DNA from: Rozella allomycis CSF55
Taxonomy: Eukaryota
Direction: 5' to 3'
NCBI GenBank assembly: GCA_000442015.1
Contig: KE560903.1
Coordinates: 1-64,000 of the forward strand
Length of the DNA: 64,000 bases
Each line of letters opens with the position of its first letter. The stretch's first letter is position 1. The notes below the pieces were generated by a model. It was not told where the DNA came from and did not search any database. It was given only the letters and a program-made list of their open reading frames with translations. Shown here one piece after another: positions 24,813 through 40,829 of this stretch. Made by a program: the position numbers and the translations under genes.

Positions 24813-24884
24813 CTCTTCCGCTGGGAATTGAACCCAGGTCTTCCGCGTGACAGGCGGAGATACTAACCACTATACTACGAAAGA
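24813..24884 (-). tRNA. tRNA-Asp (GTC)
   Basis: Near-identical reverse-complement copy of 20843-20914 with two substitutions. Confidence 0.95.
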
Positions 24885-24935
24885 TGTGTTGATGTGAAAA
24901 GTTAATATTGATTATACTGAATTATCCAGTTAGTT

Positions 24936-26282
24936 TTAAGAACTTTGTGTGTTTATTTTCATATTACTGTAATTATCTGCCAGCAATGTAATTTCTAAAT
25001 ATTGAGTATAATCATCATATTTTACTCTCGTTGATACTTTTGCTTTCGAATTCTTCCCAGTCAATTTTGGACTTTATCTTGTCAGCTCGGTTTGATAGTA
25101 TTAATAAATCAACATTTCGCTTTGGTAACAACTTTGATATATGAAATTCAATGATATACCAGAAATGGCATCATATCGATTTCCAGAGGCGGTATTTTTC
25201 GTTCAAAAGATTCGGGCTTTATAGTTATTTCTTCTTTCAAATTTGCAAAGTTCATAAATACTGGTGAACTAAATTGTTTCTTGACATCGTAATTAATGTA
25301 TGATCGTGTTCTCAAAACATTGCATAAAAGCGCGTTGGCCAAATATTTTTCTGTTTCTGAAGCGGTAAAGGTTCCAGAGGATCTAGTCGTCTTGAAGATA
25401 TTATTTAAAATTTTAGTCTTTATTCCAAGTGAATTTGGAGACACAAGGTTGTCACCGCTATCGGAGTTTATATAATCTACGTATGATTCCCAAGTAGCTT
25501 GAATATTAAAATTGGAGACAGGCGGAAGATAATCATTTCCCTTAAAGATGGAAATAAAACCAAAATCTCTCAAGCTAGCTGATAGATTTTGCTTGGGTAA
25601 CGTATTTGCTATAAAATGCGAAAAATTGTTAAAGGAAAAGTAATACATTTTTTCTGTATCAATGACATGACAATTAGGCTTGTTTAAAGATATTACTACT
25701 TTCCTTTAAAACCTTATTGTTACTTGACAATGTCAGGTCCGAAATATCCGGTGTGTGAATAATGTGATGATCATCTTGGGGAGCACTTTTTATCATTTCA
25801 ATAATTTTGCTCTTTTTAAATTGCTTTTAATATCCTACCTCTCCTTCGTCAGCAAATTGCATCCCATTAAATCTAATTCCATAATTCTTACAAATGTCTT
25901 GAATATGATTTTCACATCTATCATTAAAGACATTTAAATTATACTCCTCTCTAAACGCTGTTCCGAGATCACCCTTAAGCATGTAATACATTCTGTTCTT
26001 TCTTCTTAAAATCTGGGTCTCTATTTTTGTAGCTGGAGGCACACCATCAGTGAATATATTAATTTGGTCGCATTTAAGGTCCATTAATTCTTTTATTTTT
26101 CCATGTAAAAATTTCTTTAACTGATAAGATTTGTGATATTCTGGAAACGCCCTACAAGCTTCATAAAATGCAATATTAAAATCGACATAGAGTGTTTTCT
26201 TGGCTCCATGAATTTCTTTTACACCTATGCCTTTTTCTTTGTATATTTTCGGGAACCATTTTTGGAATCCCCTGATGCCCAT
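24936..26282 (-). CDS. Short divergent XRN-family (PIN-like) 5'-3' exoribonuclease
   Basis: MGIRGFQKW, LYVDFN, DGVPPATKIETQILRR, EGE-SKI and DFGFISIFKGNDYLP follow the order of XRN_N motifs. Confidence 0.7.
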
Positions 26283-26391
26283 TCAGATTTTTGGCTCCAG
26301 GGTTGTGAATAGAGGTTAAAATTAAGGAAAGAATAAAAAACCACAAGGTTAAAATACTAAATAATTATCAACATCAACATCAACAATTAAT

Positions 26392-29300
26392 TTATTGAAA
26401 AAACTTGCAATTGATCAATTCCTCTGCCGAAGGTCTTTGTGAATACGATCTTATGAAGCAATCTTTTAGTAAGATCGTACCATCAACCCCAAGGACAGAA
26501 TTTTCAGGTATGGAAGGTCTTTGATTAGAGATACCTAAATTATACATGATTGCCCATTCATTCTCCAAATTTGACCAAGGTCTCTTACCAGTGGCCATTT
26601 CCAATACTGTACAACCAAAGCTCCAGATGTCAACTTTTGTAGTTACTTCATCACCAATAATTATTTCAGGAGCCATATAAGCAGGGGTGCCAATAAGAGT
26701 ATTGGCGCCATTAACAGTCTTTTTGCTTTTCACTATCTTAGCAGCACCGAAATCCACGAGCTTGACTACACCTTTAGAGTCGATGAGAATATTGTCTATC
26801 AATTTCCAATTTTGTGGTTACCTGGTTTAATGTCACGATGAATGATGTCTTTTGAATGCAAGTAGCGTAATCCTTCGAGTATTTGAACAGAAATTTGTTT
26901 AATTATAGACACTTCAGTTATGGGTTCATTTCTTATTAAATTCTCTAAAGATCCCCCAGAGCAATACTCCATTAAGATATGAACGTGGTCTTTGTGATAT
27001 TCAAGGCCGTAATATTCAACAATATTGGAATGTTGCAAATACTGAATGACGTCCAGTTCTTCCTTCACTTGCTGATTAGTTTCAACGACAGAGTTAACAT
27101 CAGGGAATCTGATTTCTTTAATAGCCATAAGTTCTCCAGTGTCTAAATCGATGCAATCATAAACTGTTCCAAAGGATCCCGTACCAATGCAGTTCCTTAT
27201 TTGATACCTAAATCTCTCTCTTCCTTTTGCTAAAGCAGTCGGAGAAAATATAATTTCACTTTCAAAGATTGGAATTTGAATCTCTTTATTGAGTACCCGT
27301 CCAACTAAGCCTTTTTCAGCCAATCGGTTTCTAATGTTGCAATCCAGGGTGTTAATAGCTGTTAAATAATCAATCTTTTTATTTTCCCTACTAATTGGTG
27401 TCTTTGATCTAATGTAAATAGATGGAGAGTAAATAAATTCATTTTGTGTTTCGTTAATGCCATATAGGCTCTCCTCCTGTTCACGTTGAAAATGGGATAT
27501 CAACAAAGACATACAACAACTAACTTTATTTTTCAAATTTAGAAATTCGTGGTCAGATATTTTAAAAATATTATTTCCCTTTAGGCACTGAAAAGCGAAA
27601 CGCAGCGCTGTCACAGCCCAGCGAAAAGTTCTTATATCAGTAGGAGAACAATCGGAGCACGTAAAAGAAACCCAATCAATAGAAAAATGAATAATTTTTA
27701 CAATTAATTCTTTTTTGTTTTCATATCTCATGTATTTCATAAAGCGGTACGAGACTGTCGCGATCAAATTGAAAAAGCTTTCCATTTCCTCCAGTGTAAA
27801 ATTAAGTAATTCTTCTTTTGATTCTTTCCTTATTACATCTGCTGAAGCAATTAAAGAAGAGCAAAAACTAAGGACTTTAGAATGCAACTGGGCAAGACTC
27901 TGATTTATTCTCGAATGACGGCTCTGGTAAACACATTCGACATCAACGTTAAGAACTTCACGAAATAAATTTAAAACAGACTTTCTTGCAACGTTGCAAT
28001 TATTTTTCCCAAGTCCGAGCAATCGTAAACTGTCTTTAGGAATATCTTGAAAATACAAACAACAATCAAAATCCAAATGTAACTGTGGTCCCATCCAATC
28101 AATTAAGCAAGGTCCCCAGAACACTACAACAAACGGTGGAGCATTTTCAGAGAATGTTTGCTCAACGCTCTCACATAAGCCACCTTTTAAGACGCAACAA
28201 AGTTGAGATTGCATCATATATGGAGGACAGAAAACATAGAGCTTTTTTTCCATCGGAGTCTTTAGGTCGCATTCAGAAAACTTGACGATTGAAAAATCAT
28301 TTTCATAGAGCATCTTGACTAGTTTATTCATGTCAGCAATCTTCAAATCACTTGCATCCTCCAGTGAATGGGTTAAAAGTCTCGTAAGGCTTATGTAACT
28401 TTTAATCCTTAATCTCATGGATTCTAAAGCCCTCATCAACAATTTCCCCCGTACTCCTTCGTGGCGCAGGACATCGCCAATTTTGCCCTCTAATTTATCC
28501 AGTAGCTTGCTTAACAAATGACTTTAAATTTAATAAAAAAATATTACCAAAAAAATATAGAAATTAGTTCTTCAGATTCTGGAATCCCATCCATTATTGA
28601 AATTAGAAATGCCCAATCATTTTCCCAATCAAAAAAGTATTCGGATGATAAATACCTAATTTCACTCAAGGTCAAATAGTATTTCAAAAATTTTATCATC
28701 ATTTTATCATATTTATCCATAAACACTTTGATGCTCCTCAAATCACAGCAGTTAAGTGACATAATATTACGTTTCACTTTAGTTCCCAGTTTCAAAACTG
28801 TAATCATATCTTTTATTATTGCATCAGATTGTTGTTGGGATTCTTCATTCACTTTTAGTGAAGGCACTTTTTCAAGCCTTATTTGCATGCATTCATACTT
28901 AAGATAGCCAGGAAATAGGGTAATGTCATTTAAAACCATTCTTATTGTTGGCAAACCAACTCTCTCATAAAAAGATTCGTGATTTAGGACCTCTTTGCCT
29001 TTCTTGATTAAAGTGTTGACTTGCTTTATCAAATTCATATTGAATATTTTTTCAATGTCTTGCGTTCTCAAAATTTTTTCTATGTGCCTCTTGTTGTTCG
29101 TAATTGTCTCTGTAATGGAAAATTCATTAACTGGAAAATTGGAACTCATCCAATCTCTTATGATGCTTCGGAATTGATAGATCAAGAAAGATATATTGAA
29201 CCACTTTGTCAGATTCTCATAATTTTCTTTAAATGCTTCATTTTGGAATTTGGGATTCTCTCTCAGGAACATTCTTAAACTGGGGTAAGAATTCTCCACC

Positions 29301-29941
29301 TCGGCCAACCTCTCAAGCAAAGAAAAAAGTATATCGATTCCATTTTTTAATGTTATCCCTGGGGGCAAATGGAAGTCGACCACTTCGTTGTATAGTTTAT
29401 CAATTTTCTTTCTTGATTCCTCAATTATCATTGATTGTTTCGATAACGTTCGACCCTCTCTTTTGGCCTTAATTTCAAGCCAAAATTTATATTTGAATTC
29501 ATCACTTTTGAACACAGCCAAAGTCCTCTCGTCAATATTGAACTGTTCAACATTCACAAAGTCCCCCTTTATTGCTTCGCCTAGTGTTTCTCTCCAAGTT
29601 AGTCTTTCATCATAAGATCCTTCCTTTTTCAAAATATCCAAAAGTCTTTGATCCAATTCTTCGTCTGCAGACACTTGAGAACCACATTCCTTAAAAGAAA
29701 CTTGTGTATGATGCGTTTGATCAATATCTTTTTCTACTGAGGCTAGTAATTCACTTCCAGTCTCCTCAGAATAGTCCTTTTCTCCTCTAAGTATTTCGTT
29801 ATTCAGAAATTTTTCACCAACTACAACATAGTTTCCCTATTCTATATAATTTATCTAAAATACTCTGTTTTCAAATGTTTCTAAAACATGTTTGTATTTA
29901 CTTTCATTCTCGGGTTCCACACCAATAAAATGTACATTCAT
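26392..29941 (-). CDS. SSK2: MAP kinase kinase kinase, Ssk2/Wis4/MEKK4 type
   Basis: DCSPTDIRTFRWAVTAL N-terminal block; kinase motifs GTGSFG, MAIKEIR, HRDIKP, DFG and GTPAYMAPE; RPWSNLENEWAIMY. Confidence 0.92.
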
Positions 29942-29982
29942 GAAAAATTTGGAACTTAAAAAGTTTATTTAAAAGTTAAAAT

Positions 29983-32401
29983 TTATAACCTTAATTGACT
30001 CTTTTTGTTCAAATCAGATTTCAAATTGGCATGGCTTAAAATCAATCTGTTTCCACTGGTATTTAGTCTTCCAGAATTAATTCTTCTAAGCTCATTCATT
30101 AGCATCCTCTTTTTCTTAATCTTTCTTCTCTTTACAAAAACAGCAATGGCTGCAGATAATGATAGGACAAATACCGTACATCCTGTGGAAACTAGGACAA
30201 TCAAATTCGTACTAGAATCCATGTCCCCTTTATAAAAGAAAATAATGATCCATACCTTGAGAACCAGCTTCATATATTGCAGAAACCGTGCTTGTTAAGG
30301 CTTTTGTGCTATCTCCTGTTGACACAAATGAAGACTTTTGTGCAACCTGCGATGACAATGAAGCTGAATAAGGCAAATAAGTTAATGACGAAGGTGCTGA
30401 AACTATTGCGGAAAATGAAGGGTCAATTATTGATCCTCTACTGTAACTGGTAGAACTAACGGATCGATAAAGCGTGCTGATTGTAAAGGATGTAATTTCT
30501 GGTTGAATAATGGTAGTCAAAGTTGCTGTCGAAATCGTGGCTACTATTGTAGTCACAGGAGTTGTTGTAGTTGTTGTAGGAGTTGCAGTAGTTGTTGTAG
30601 TTATAGGAGTTGTACTAGTTGTTGTAGTCACAAAAGTTGTAATAGTTGTTGTTGTAATCTCAGGTGTTGTTGTAGAAATAGTTGTTCTAATGACGGGAGT
30701 CGTAGTACTAGTAGTAGTTGTAATCAAAGTAGTCGTTGTAGTGATCGTTGCAATCAAAGTAGTTGTTGTAATGGCTAGAGTCGTAGTATTAGTAGTTGTA
30801 ATCAAAGGAGTTGTTGTAGTCACAGGAGTTGTAATAGTAGTTGCTGTAACGGAGGGAGTTGTGGTAGTAGTGGTAGTTGTAAACGAAGGAGTTGTTGTAG
30901 TTGTTGTAGTCACAGGGGTCGTTGTATCAGTAGTTGTAATCACAGGAGTCGTTGTAGTAGTTGTAGTCACAGGAGTCGTTGCAGTAGTAATTGTAGTCAC
31001 AGGAGTCGTTGTAGTAGTAGTTGTAATCAAAGGAGTCGTTGTACTAGTAGTTGTAATCAAAGGAGTTGTAGTAGTAGTTGTGGTTGTCAAAGGTGTCGTT
31101 GTAGTAGTACTTGTAATCAAAGAAGTTATTGTAGTAGTTGTGATAATCAAAGGAGTCGTCGTAGTAGTTGTGGTAATCAAAGGAGTCGTTGTAGTAGTTG
31201 TGATTACAGGAGTCGCTGTTGTAGTTGTTCTCGTGGATGATGTGGTAATCAGGTTCGTCGTGGTTGTTCTAATGGAAGCGGTCGTTTTAGTTGTAGCTCA
31301 ATAAAAAACCTATTTTATCTTACTTGTTGATAATTTAGATGTCGCTACAATATTGCACGTGTTAGTTGAATGTAAGAGCACATTCTTAAATAAAAATTGT
31401 GAATATTGATCACTAAAACTATTGAATTCAATCATTAATGCTTTAGTGACGTCCACTCCAAAGTCTGAAATCGGAATGTCAATTTGCTGCCATTGCTGAG
31501 CCAATGAAGTTACAATATAATTTGAAGATGGTACCCACCCTTTGCTTACCCAGCTACTGCAATCTGAATTCCCACTATAGAGGGCAATATTAAATTGGGA
31601 AGTAGATGCTGGAATATAAACACTAATTCTGACGCTAACATAACTGTTCAGATTTAGACAGCCACTTGAAGCAAACTTCATGTAATATGTTCCCGTATTT
31701 CCAATAATCTGCACAGCATTCTGAGTACTCTCAAACGTAGCTATTAGATTTCCAGTTGCGGCTGTTGTGCCCCCTAGCTGATTAGGGGAAAATGGCTGTG
31801 AACTAAAACTGTTAATCAACAAGTCGCAATAAACTGGCAACGGAGATTGATTTACAATGCTACAACTTGAGCTTGAATAAAATTCAACATTTTTGAATAG
31901 AAATTGAGAATACGGAGAGTTAAAATTTGACAGATAAATTGCATAACCTTTTGTGAGATCTGAGCCATAAGCGGTATAACTTGAAAGAGGAATATTAATG
32001 GTTTGCCATTGTTGCGTATAGGATGTGTCTACAATCCCTGTTGAAAACACCGTAACAGTTTTTGAAGTACTCGATCCACATTGTGTTGTTCCTGAAACCA
32101 AAGATATTCTAAAAGTTGATGATGAGGTGGGCAGAAATAGCTGCATTCTGATGGAAGAATAGCCGCTTAAATTAACACAACCATAATCTGCCAATCTAAT
32201 ATTATAAGTGCCGGAATAGCCGATTATTAACAAAGCCTTTTCTGATGTTTCAAAACTAGCCGAGAGATCTGATGTGGCACCTGAGATTCCCCCTAATTGA
32301 TTGGGCGAGAAAGGAAGACTATTAAAGCTATTAACAGTGGTTGTGCATTGAGAAAGTACCTTTGAAACAAGAATGAAAGTAAATGCTAAGAATGTGATCA
32401 T
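29983..32401 (-). CDS. Type I membrane glycoprotein: signal peptide, two tandem CBM-like beta domains, Thr-rich stalk, TM
   Basis: Duplicated domain of about 170 aa (PFSPNQLGG...WQxIxIP), stalk of about 260 Thr-rich residues, TM followed by KRRKIKKKR; 27- and 28-nt introns. Confidence 0.8.
30510..31290 (-). repeat. Coding Thr-rich minisatellite (TTTTTTP[LV][IT])
   Basis: Imperfect 27-36 bp GTA/GTT-rich tandem units. Confidence 0.9.
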
Positions 32402-32470
32402 TCAATGCACTTCTTAGCAACGAGCTAAGACGCAAAGACTTTTCAAAGTGAAAAAGGGTTAAATATTTTA

Positions 32471-34173
32471 TTATATTATAGCTGAAGTATTATAACCACA
32501 AATAATTTGCTGTGTTTTGTTTTGGAAACGCTTCAATTGTAATGGCAAGCAGGATTGACGTTCATCGCAGAGCAAAACAGACGTCGGCGAATTAAAGTTT
32601 CTTCTTTTTCCATTTCCTAGTTGATAATCTTTGTTATAGCCCCAAATGTAAAGTTGGTCTCCGATTGTGCTGCCATCGTTTTGGGTATCTAAAACGCAAG
32701 CCATGTGACCACCACCGCAAGATATTTGTTTTATTCTAATTGGACGAGTGTCTTTAATTTTTTCATCGTACTGAAATTTGTCGCTGACATCAGCCACAGA
32801 TTCAGGGACAATAGCGTGTTGTTGCCACTGTAATTAATATCAGATGAGACTTGATTACCGATTTATTTCCTAGTTGCCCTAGCATTCCAGACCCCAATAC
32901 AAATAGTTTTGAATTTTCTGGCGAGTCGACAACCACCATTGAATTAAGCCCGCCCGCAGCTATTTTGGTAACCCTGGAATTTTGGGGTTTTCGATTTCCC
33001 GGCCAAAATTTAGTGATTTCTTCGGGTGAACTCAAAAAAGGAACAGGATTTTTGTAATAATCACCTTTTCCGAGTTGCTATATAGACTGAATGAATTAAA
33101 GGTACCAAATGATGGTTGCTTCCAAATCCAAAAACTCTACCCTCTGAATCGAGAGCCATTGTGTGAAAATCCCCACAAGAGATGTCGATTATTTTTGTGG
33201 TAGTTTTAAATTTTGTTTCACCCATTTTTATTTCATCTAAATATTTTTTTGCTGAAATCAATTCTGGTTGCTCGTAGCGATATGTTTTTAACATGCCTTC
33301 TTGTCTAACAGAAAAGGGGACGATGTCTTCTAAATGCCCTAAATCCAACTGGTAGTGGCGTGGCTTATCGGCGAACTGGTCTTTCAACGTAAATATATTC
33401 TCATTCCTGGGTTCTTCTATCCCATTTCCAAGTTGGCCAAAATAATTTCCATATTCATTTAAAGCACCAGTGAAAACTCTGCCTTTTGATGTCAATGCGA
33501 CAATGTGGTGCTCCCCAGCAGATACTTTAACAATTCAAATTTTCACATATATTATAATTTTTACTTTTCTTTTGACTCCAAGTTGCCAAAAATCAGCGTG
33601 TTAGCTTTTATGCATTCGTTTTGCCTCCATGGCCACCATGAATTTTTGTTGCTTTGGATAGTATCAGTTCTTTCCATTCCATTCAATATGTATACTTTAT
33701 TCTATACCAAGTTTTTATGAAAACTTACATCTTCAGCTAGAGCAAAGACGTACTTTGAGTTGCTAGCTAATTGTTTCGCTTTCATATTCTTCATTGTACA
33801 TTGTGGGGCACCCTTATTTGATTCACAATTTCCCCATTGATAAACATCGCCATTTGAATCAATTGCAGCTTTAATAAGGTTACAACACTAAATTACCTGC
33901 GTGATTTTCAGCTAACGTAATATCGTTAACCGTTCCATTTATAGTCTTCAATGGAATTGGCGTCTTAACAAATAATTCATGCAAATTTGGATCCACCAAC
34001 CCATTTTTATTACTTCCCCAAATCAAAGGTTCCTCCGTTTGTGTTATTCTTGGCACAGCGTAGCTGTCCATAAAAAAGTTGTTGGTCCTTCTAGTTTTGA
34101 TGAAATATAATGAAAACGCTGCAAATGGTAATAATGCAGTATTAAATTTTAAGTAACTGGAGAAACGACTCAT
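32471..34173 (-). CDS. RCC1-repeat mitochondrial protein (Fmp25-like)
   Basis: N-terminal targeting/TM-like segment and RCC1 blades (SCGDFHTMAL, WGYNKDYQLGNGKR). Confidence 0.75.
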
Positions 34174-34254
34174 TGTGAAAAATGAAAAATTCTAAAATGA
34201 GAATATTGCTTGGTTGTAACTTTTCATGATTTAATTGGCTTGACAACCGCTAAT

Positions 34255-36800
34255 ATGAACGAAAAGTGTGCACAAAAGAAAAGGCAAAATCAGAGCTTGT
34301 ATAAAAATCCTATATTAGTCGCCTTGACAAAACCGATCAAATACTCGAATGTTCATATTAAACCGTTTCCAAAATTACCACCCTTGTATGAAGCGAAATT
34401 GTATGACTTGGATGAAGATTTAATTAGAATAACAAAAAAGAATGAGTTGAAAAGGAATGAGGAAGGCAAAAAGTTAAAAATAAAATTGAAAACAAATGAG
34501 AAAAGTGCATTTATATCGGAACATGAAAATTTAGCTCCTAATAAAACAGAATTTTATGAAAAAGACAAGAATGGAAAAGAAAAAAAGATATTTTGGAGGG
34601 ACAAAACGGATAAGAGCCAGAAAGGACTAGAAAATCATTCATATACATCTAGAAATGTAGATTACATGCTTCATCTTTGGAATGAACACGCAAAACAGGT
34701 TAAACAGGCTGAAAGTATAAAAGAAAATAGAAAGAAGGATAAAAGAGAGAATTATGAAACGACATTTGAAGAAATGGAACAAACTGAAATAAGAACTCTT
34801 GCGAAACAGTATACCAATAAAGAAAGTCAATCATTTATTAGCGAAGGAAATATTAATCAAGCGATTGATGATCTACTTGACAGTTCCAACTCTAAAACTC
34901 AGGCAGCATTGACCCAAGTCCCAATCAGCCAAATGTTTTCAGGATCGCTATCTTTGGCGACTGTTTCGATGATAAAACAACGTATCCAAAAAAGCATGCA
35001 AGGTGGGACAAATGCTACGGTTACGAATGTGATGAAGTTAATGCTTACAGGGACATCAAAGGAAGACGATGAGGATTTAAAGTTGCCCAATTTGAAGCAA
35101 AAGGGAAAAACAGATGAATCAGAAAGACACCGTTACTTTGACAAGGAGAGACTTATTTCAAAAATGATTCCAAATGAGGGAGTTGAAACATGTTTAGACA
35201 AAGACGAGAATGTGGAATCCAATGATAAATCTGGAGAAATAGTGCCACAAACCGCACAGATCCATTTTCAAGAGAGTTTAGATTCAATCGACAATGAGGA
35301 AATTTCAGAATTCGACGTTAAAGAAAAGGAGTTTGATGTTACGATTGCAAGGTATTTGTCAAGAGTATACAAGGAAGGTAAAAATAAGTCGTTTAGTACA
35401 ATGATGAAAAATGTGTATACTTTATCGGAATACATGAAAAACAAAGATGTAAATATGAAAAATATGGAATATGAAATTGATGTGATAAAGAGTGATCTTT
35501 TGAATGCTTTAGTGGGTGATGATTTGGACAGAAAATATTCAGCAGCTCAAATCCTGTTCATTTTAGGTTTTGATGGGGAAGACGTGATTAAAGTGTTTGA
35601 AGAATCTGTTACATGCGAAAATGATGATATAAAAACTAATTCTGCGCTTTCATTGTGTAGGCTTGGAAAGATCACAGCATCTTCTATTCCAATCTTGATA
35701 AAATTCTTGTCCGAAAAGTCAGAAACAGCGAATGAAATAATTTTGGCGTTTGAGGAGATAGAAGATAATTTAAAGATTGATTTATTGAATGCACTGATTA
35801 ATGAATTTGATAATCCAATAGATGACATGAGAATTCGATGCTTGGATCTATTCTATAGAATCGTTAAATCCATAGACAATAGCGGCAGAAGAATTGGAAG
35901 TGAAATTATGGAAAGAGCCCAATTTAAGTTAATGGAAAGGATTTGGCGTGACGGGAATGAGAATGTAAAGAAAAAAGTAGCCAAAGCATTAAGCGTCATG
36001 AAAATAGGAAATTTCATGATTGACAATATTTCTTACGCTCTTCAAAATGGTTCCCCATTGGAAAAAATTGATGCCTTAAAATTAATAGCTAGCATAAATA
36101 TAATGACGAGAAGGCTACTTAATTCCTTTTTGATTGCATTTGATGATCATCATTCAACTGTAAGAATGGAGGCTTGCAAAGTACATTAGAAATAAATAAC
36201 TTTTAATTTTAGACTGCTTGCGCATTAAAGTGTAAAAATAGTTTAATTATAAATGCTTTGGTACAAAAATCTGATGACTGCTTTACCAAAACCAGGGCTT
36301 ATGCATTGAAGGCTCTTGGGAATATTGGAATCAAAGATGAAAAGGTTTTGAATTGCATTATTTGGACTTTGGAACATGACAATTCACCAACTGGTAAATG
36401 AATCGCTTTAAATTTAAAAGTTCGAATTCAGGCGTGTAAAGTTGTTGAAGAATTGAAATTACCAATTGCACCTCTCAAGGATAAATCAGATGACGAAAAG
36501 TCAATAATTTCAAGTGCAATTTCAATAAAAAATGAAAAAAGTGAAATGAAATTTGCTGATTCATATTGCGAATCAATTTTTTATCTTTTGCATTCATTGG
36601 CTAAAAATGACTCATCAAACAATGTCAAAGCCACCGCGGAACAAGTTTTAAGGAATTTGAATTGCTTTATTTATGATTTAGAAATTGTAGGGAATAGCGA
36701 ACTAGACAGCAGTATTTTTACTGATGAAGCGACCGTATTGACCCAAGTCAGAGAAATGACAACCAAAAAGTCCATCACAGAGTACATCATGACATTATAG
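34255..36800 (+). CDS. HEAT-repeat protein (possibly HEATR4-like)
   Basis: Charged N-terminus followed by HEAT-like repeats (DHHSTVRMEACK, TRAYALKALGNIG). Confidence 0.65.
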
Positions 36801-36897
36801 CAGATTTGAGATAAATAAAATGTTCTTAGTAATTCTTACCCCTAAAATATTAAATAAGCATTATAATTTAGTGTATAACGCAATTTATTTACAAAAT

Positions 36898-38733
<1,836 letters not shown>

Positions 38734-39013
38734 TTAAACGTGGAAAGCTTTGTCTAAGCCACTGCACCGGGGTGGCGAACTGATTATTTTATTTAATAGC
38801 TTTGTTTACCCTCAATCCTTTCAATCCACATTAAAAGCCCACACTTCTATTATTTAAAAAAGTTTGTAATCTTTATCAAGGTAAATTATTTTGCCTTTGA
38901 CCCGGGATGGGATTGACAGTGCCAGGTCATGTGATTTCCTAGAAATTCTCAAACATCCCTGTTGCCAAAAAATAGATAAATAAAAAGTTAAAGCATAAGT
39001 ACATAATTTATCT

Positions 39014-39771
39014 TTATCTTAATAAACGAACTGTCGATCGTATATACATAAATAGGCCCATGAATAGACTTCCAAATGCAGCGATATACCATTTCTTTTT
39101 CTTGGCCGTCAAAATTTTTAGGAGCTCGCTTTCTTTAAAAGATGAAATAATGAATCTTTTGAATAAGCCCTTGCGCACCTTAAAGGTCCCATCGCTTTTC
39201 ATGATTAAATGTCCTGAAATGAAAACAGGCTTTTCAACTTCTAAGATTGCAATATTATCCTGGGTATCAGGAATCGATTTTAATTACATTTTTAGAAGAT
39301 TTATCTTGCTTCAAAGGCTCCAAATACAGCTCTGCAGAATCAATGCTGACTTCAACTTTGGTGCCATCACAAAGCTCACAGTAAAATGGTAAATTAAGCA
39401 ATCTCTAAAATTTCCGACAATAAAACTTACTCTTTACGTTCACCAGTGTTTTTTTCGATCACTACGGCTTCCCGATTCTTAAATGGGTTATCTGTCGTAA
39501 TTTCGAATGTATCATTTTTGGCTTTTGTGACTCCATAAAACTTGCAGTATCCTGCTGGTAGTTTTACCATGTTAATAACAGATACTTGTATTTGATTCAT
39601 TGGTATCTCCCCAAGTCTTCTTTCAATGCCCTTTCTTGTACTTTCTGTTTTACCCGCATTAATTAAAGTCTTGGTAGATAAGTGATAGTTAAAATATCCA
39701 TGGAAAAAACAATAAAACCCAGTTGTTGTTAATACAATTCCAGTTAGGTTTTCTGTGTCAAAGAAAACCAT
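39014..39771 (-). CDS. Two-TM GIDE/BAM-domain-like (MUL1/MAPL-like) protein without RING
   Basis: N-terminal TM, then PFYC...VFISGHL...FIISS..ESELL, then a C-terminal TM. Confidence 0.5.
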
Positions 39772-39805
39772 GTTCTCCGTGGCGCATTTACTGCAAAATA
39801 TTTGT

Positions 39806-40254
39806 ATGGCAAAGAAGAGGAAGAACACTCTACAATTATCTCAGAATATCAAAAAAACAAAGGTCAAATGTAATTTCGAGGATAAAAATATTGTGAATCT
39901 GCGTATAAGACTGTAAACTTTGTTACTACACATTTCTTAGTTGCATAATTGATTCGAACATAAAATATGATATTCTGAAGTTCCAAAAATGCATTAAAGA
40001 TGCCCTCTTGAACATGTACGGACTCTTTGGCGCTTCCATAATTATCAATATGGTATCATTTGATTTTGATTGTCAGGCGTCTGTCATCCAAATTTGTAAA
40101 AGGTAACACTATATTTGATCTTCTTCCAAGTGATCACATGAAGCTACATTTTTCTCTAAGTTTGCTCAATCAATTTGATGGGAGGTTTACGAAATGGGAA
40201 ATCGCTGAAATACCTAAAAATGAAATAGATTCCTCTTCTGCTCAATATTTTTGA
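39806..40254 (+). CDS. RNase P/MRP subunit Rpp14/Pop8-like
   Basis: Two 28-nt introns give MAKKRK...CIKDALLNMYGLFGAS...KLHFSLSLL; mostly missed by the ORF track. Confidence 0.55.
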
Positions 40255-40330
40255 GTGGGTAGTGGGTATAAACTTAAAGTCAACGTGTACATAAAATAAA
40301 ACAATTGATTAATGTGACCTCCATAAAGAT

Positions 40331-40809
<479 letters not shown>

Positions 40810-40829
40810 TAAATGTGGCTGAGTAAATA

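Noticed and set aside
30510-31304. 264-aa poly-Val ORF on the + strand
   Set aside because: Antisense shadow of the Thr-rich stalk
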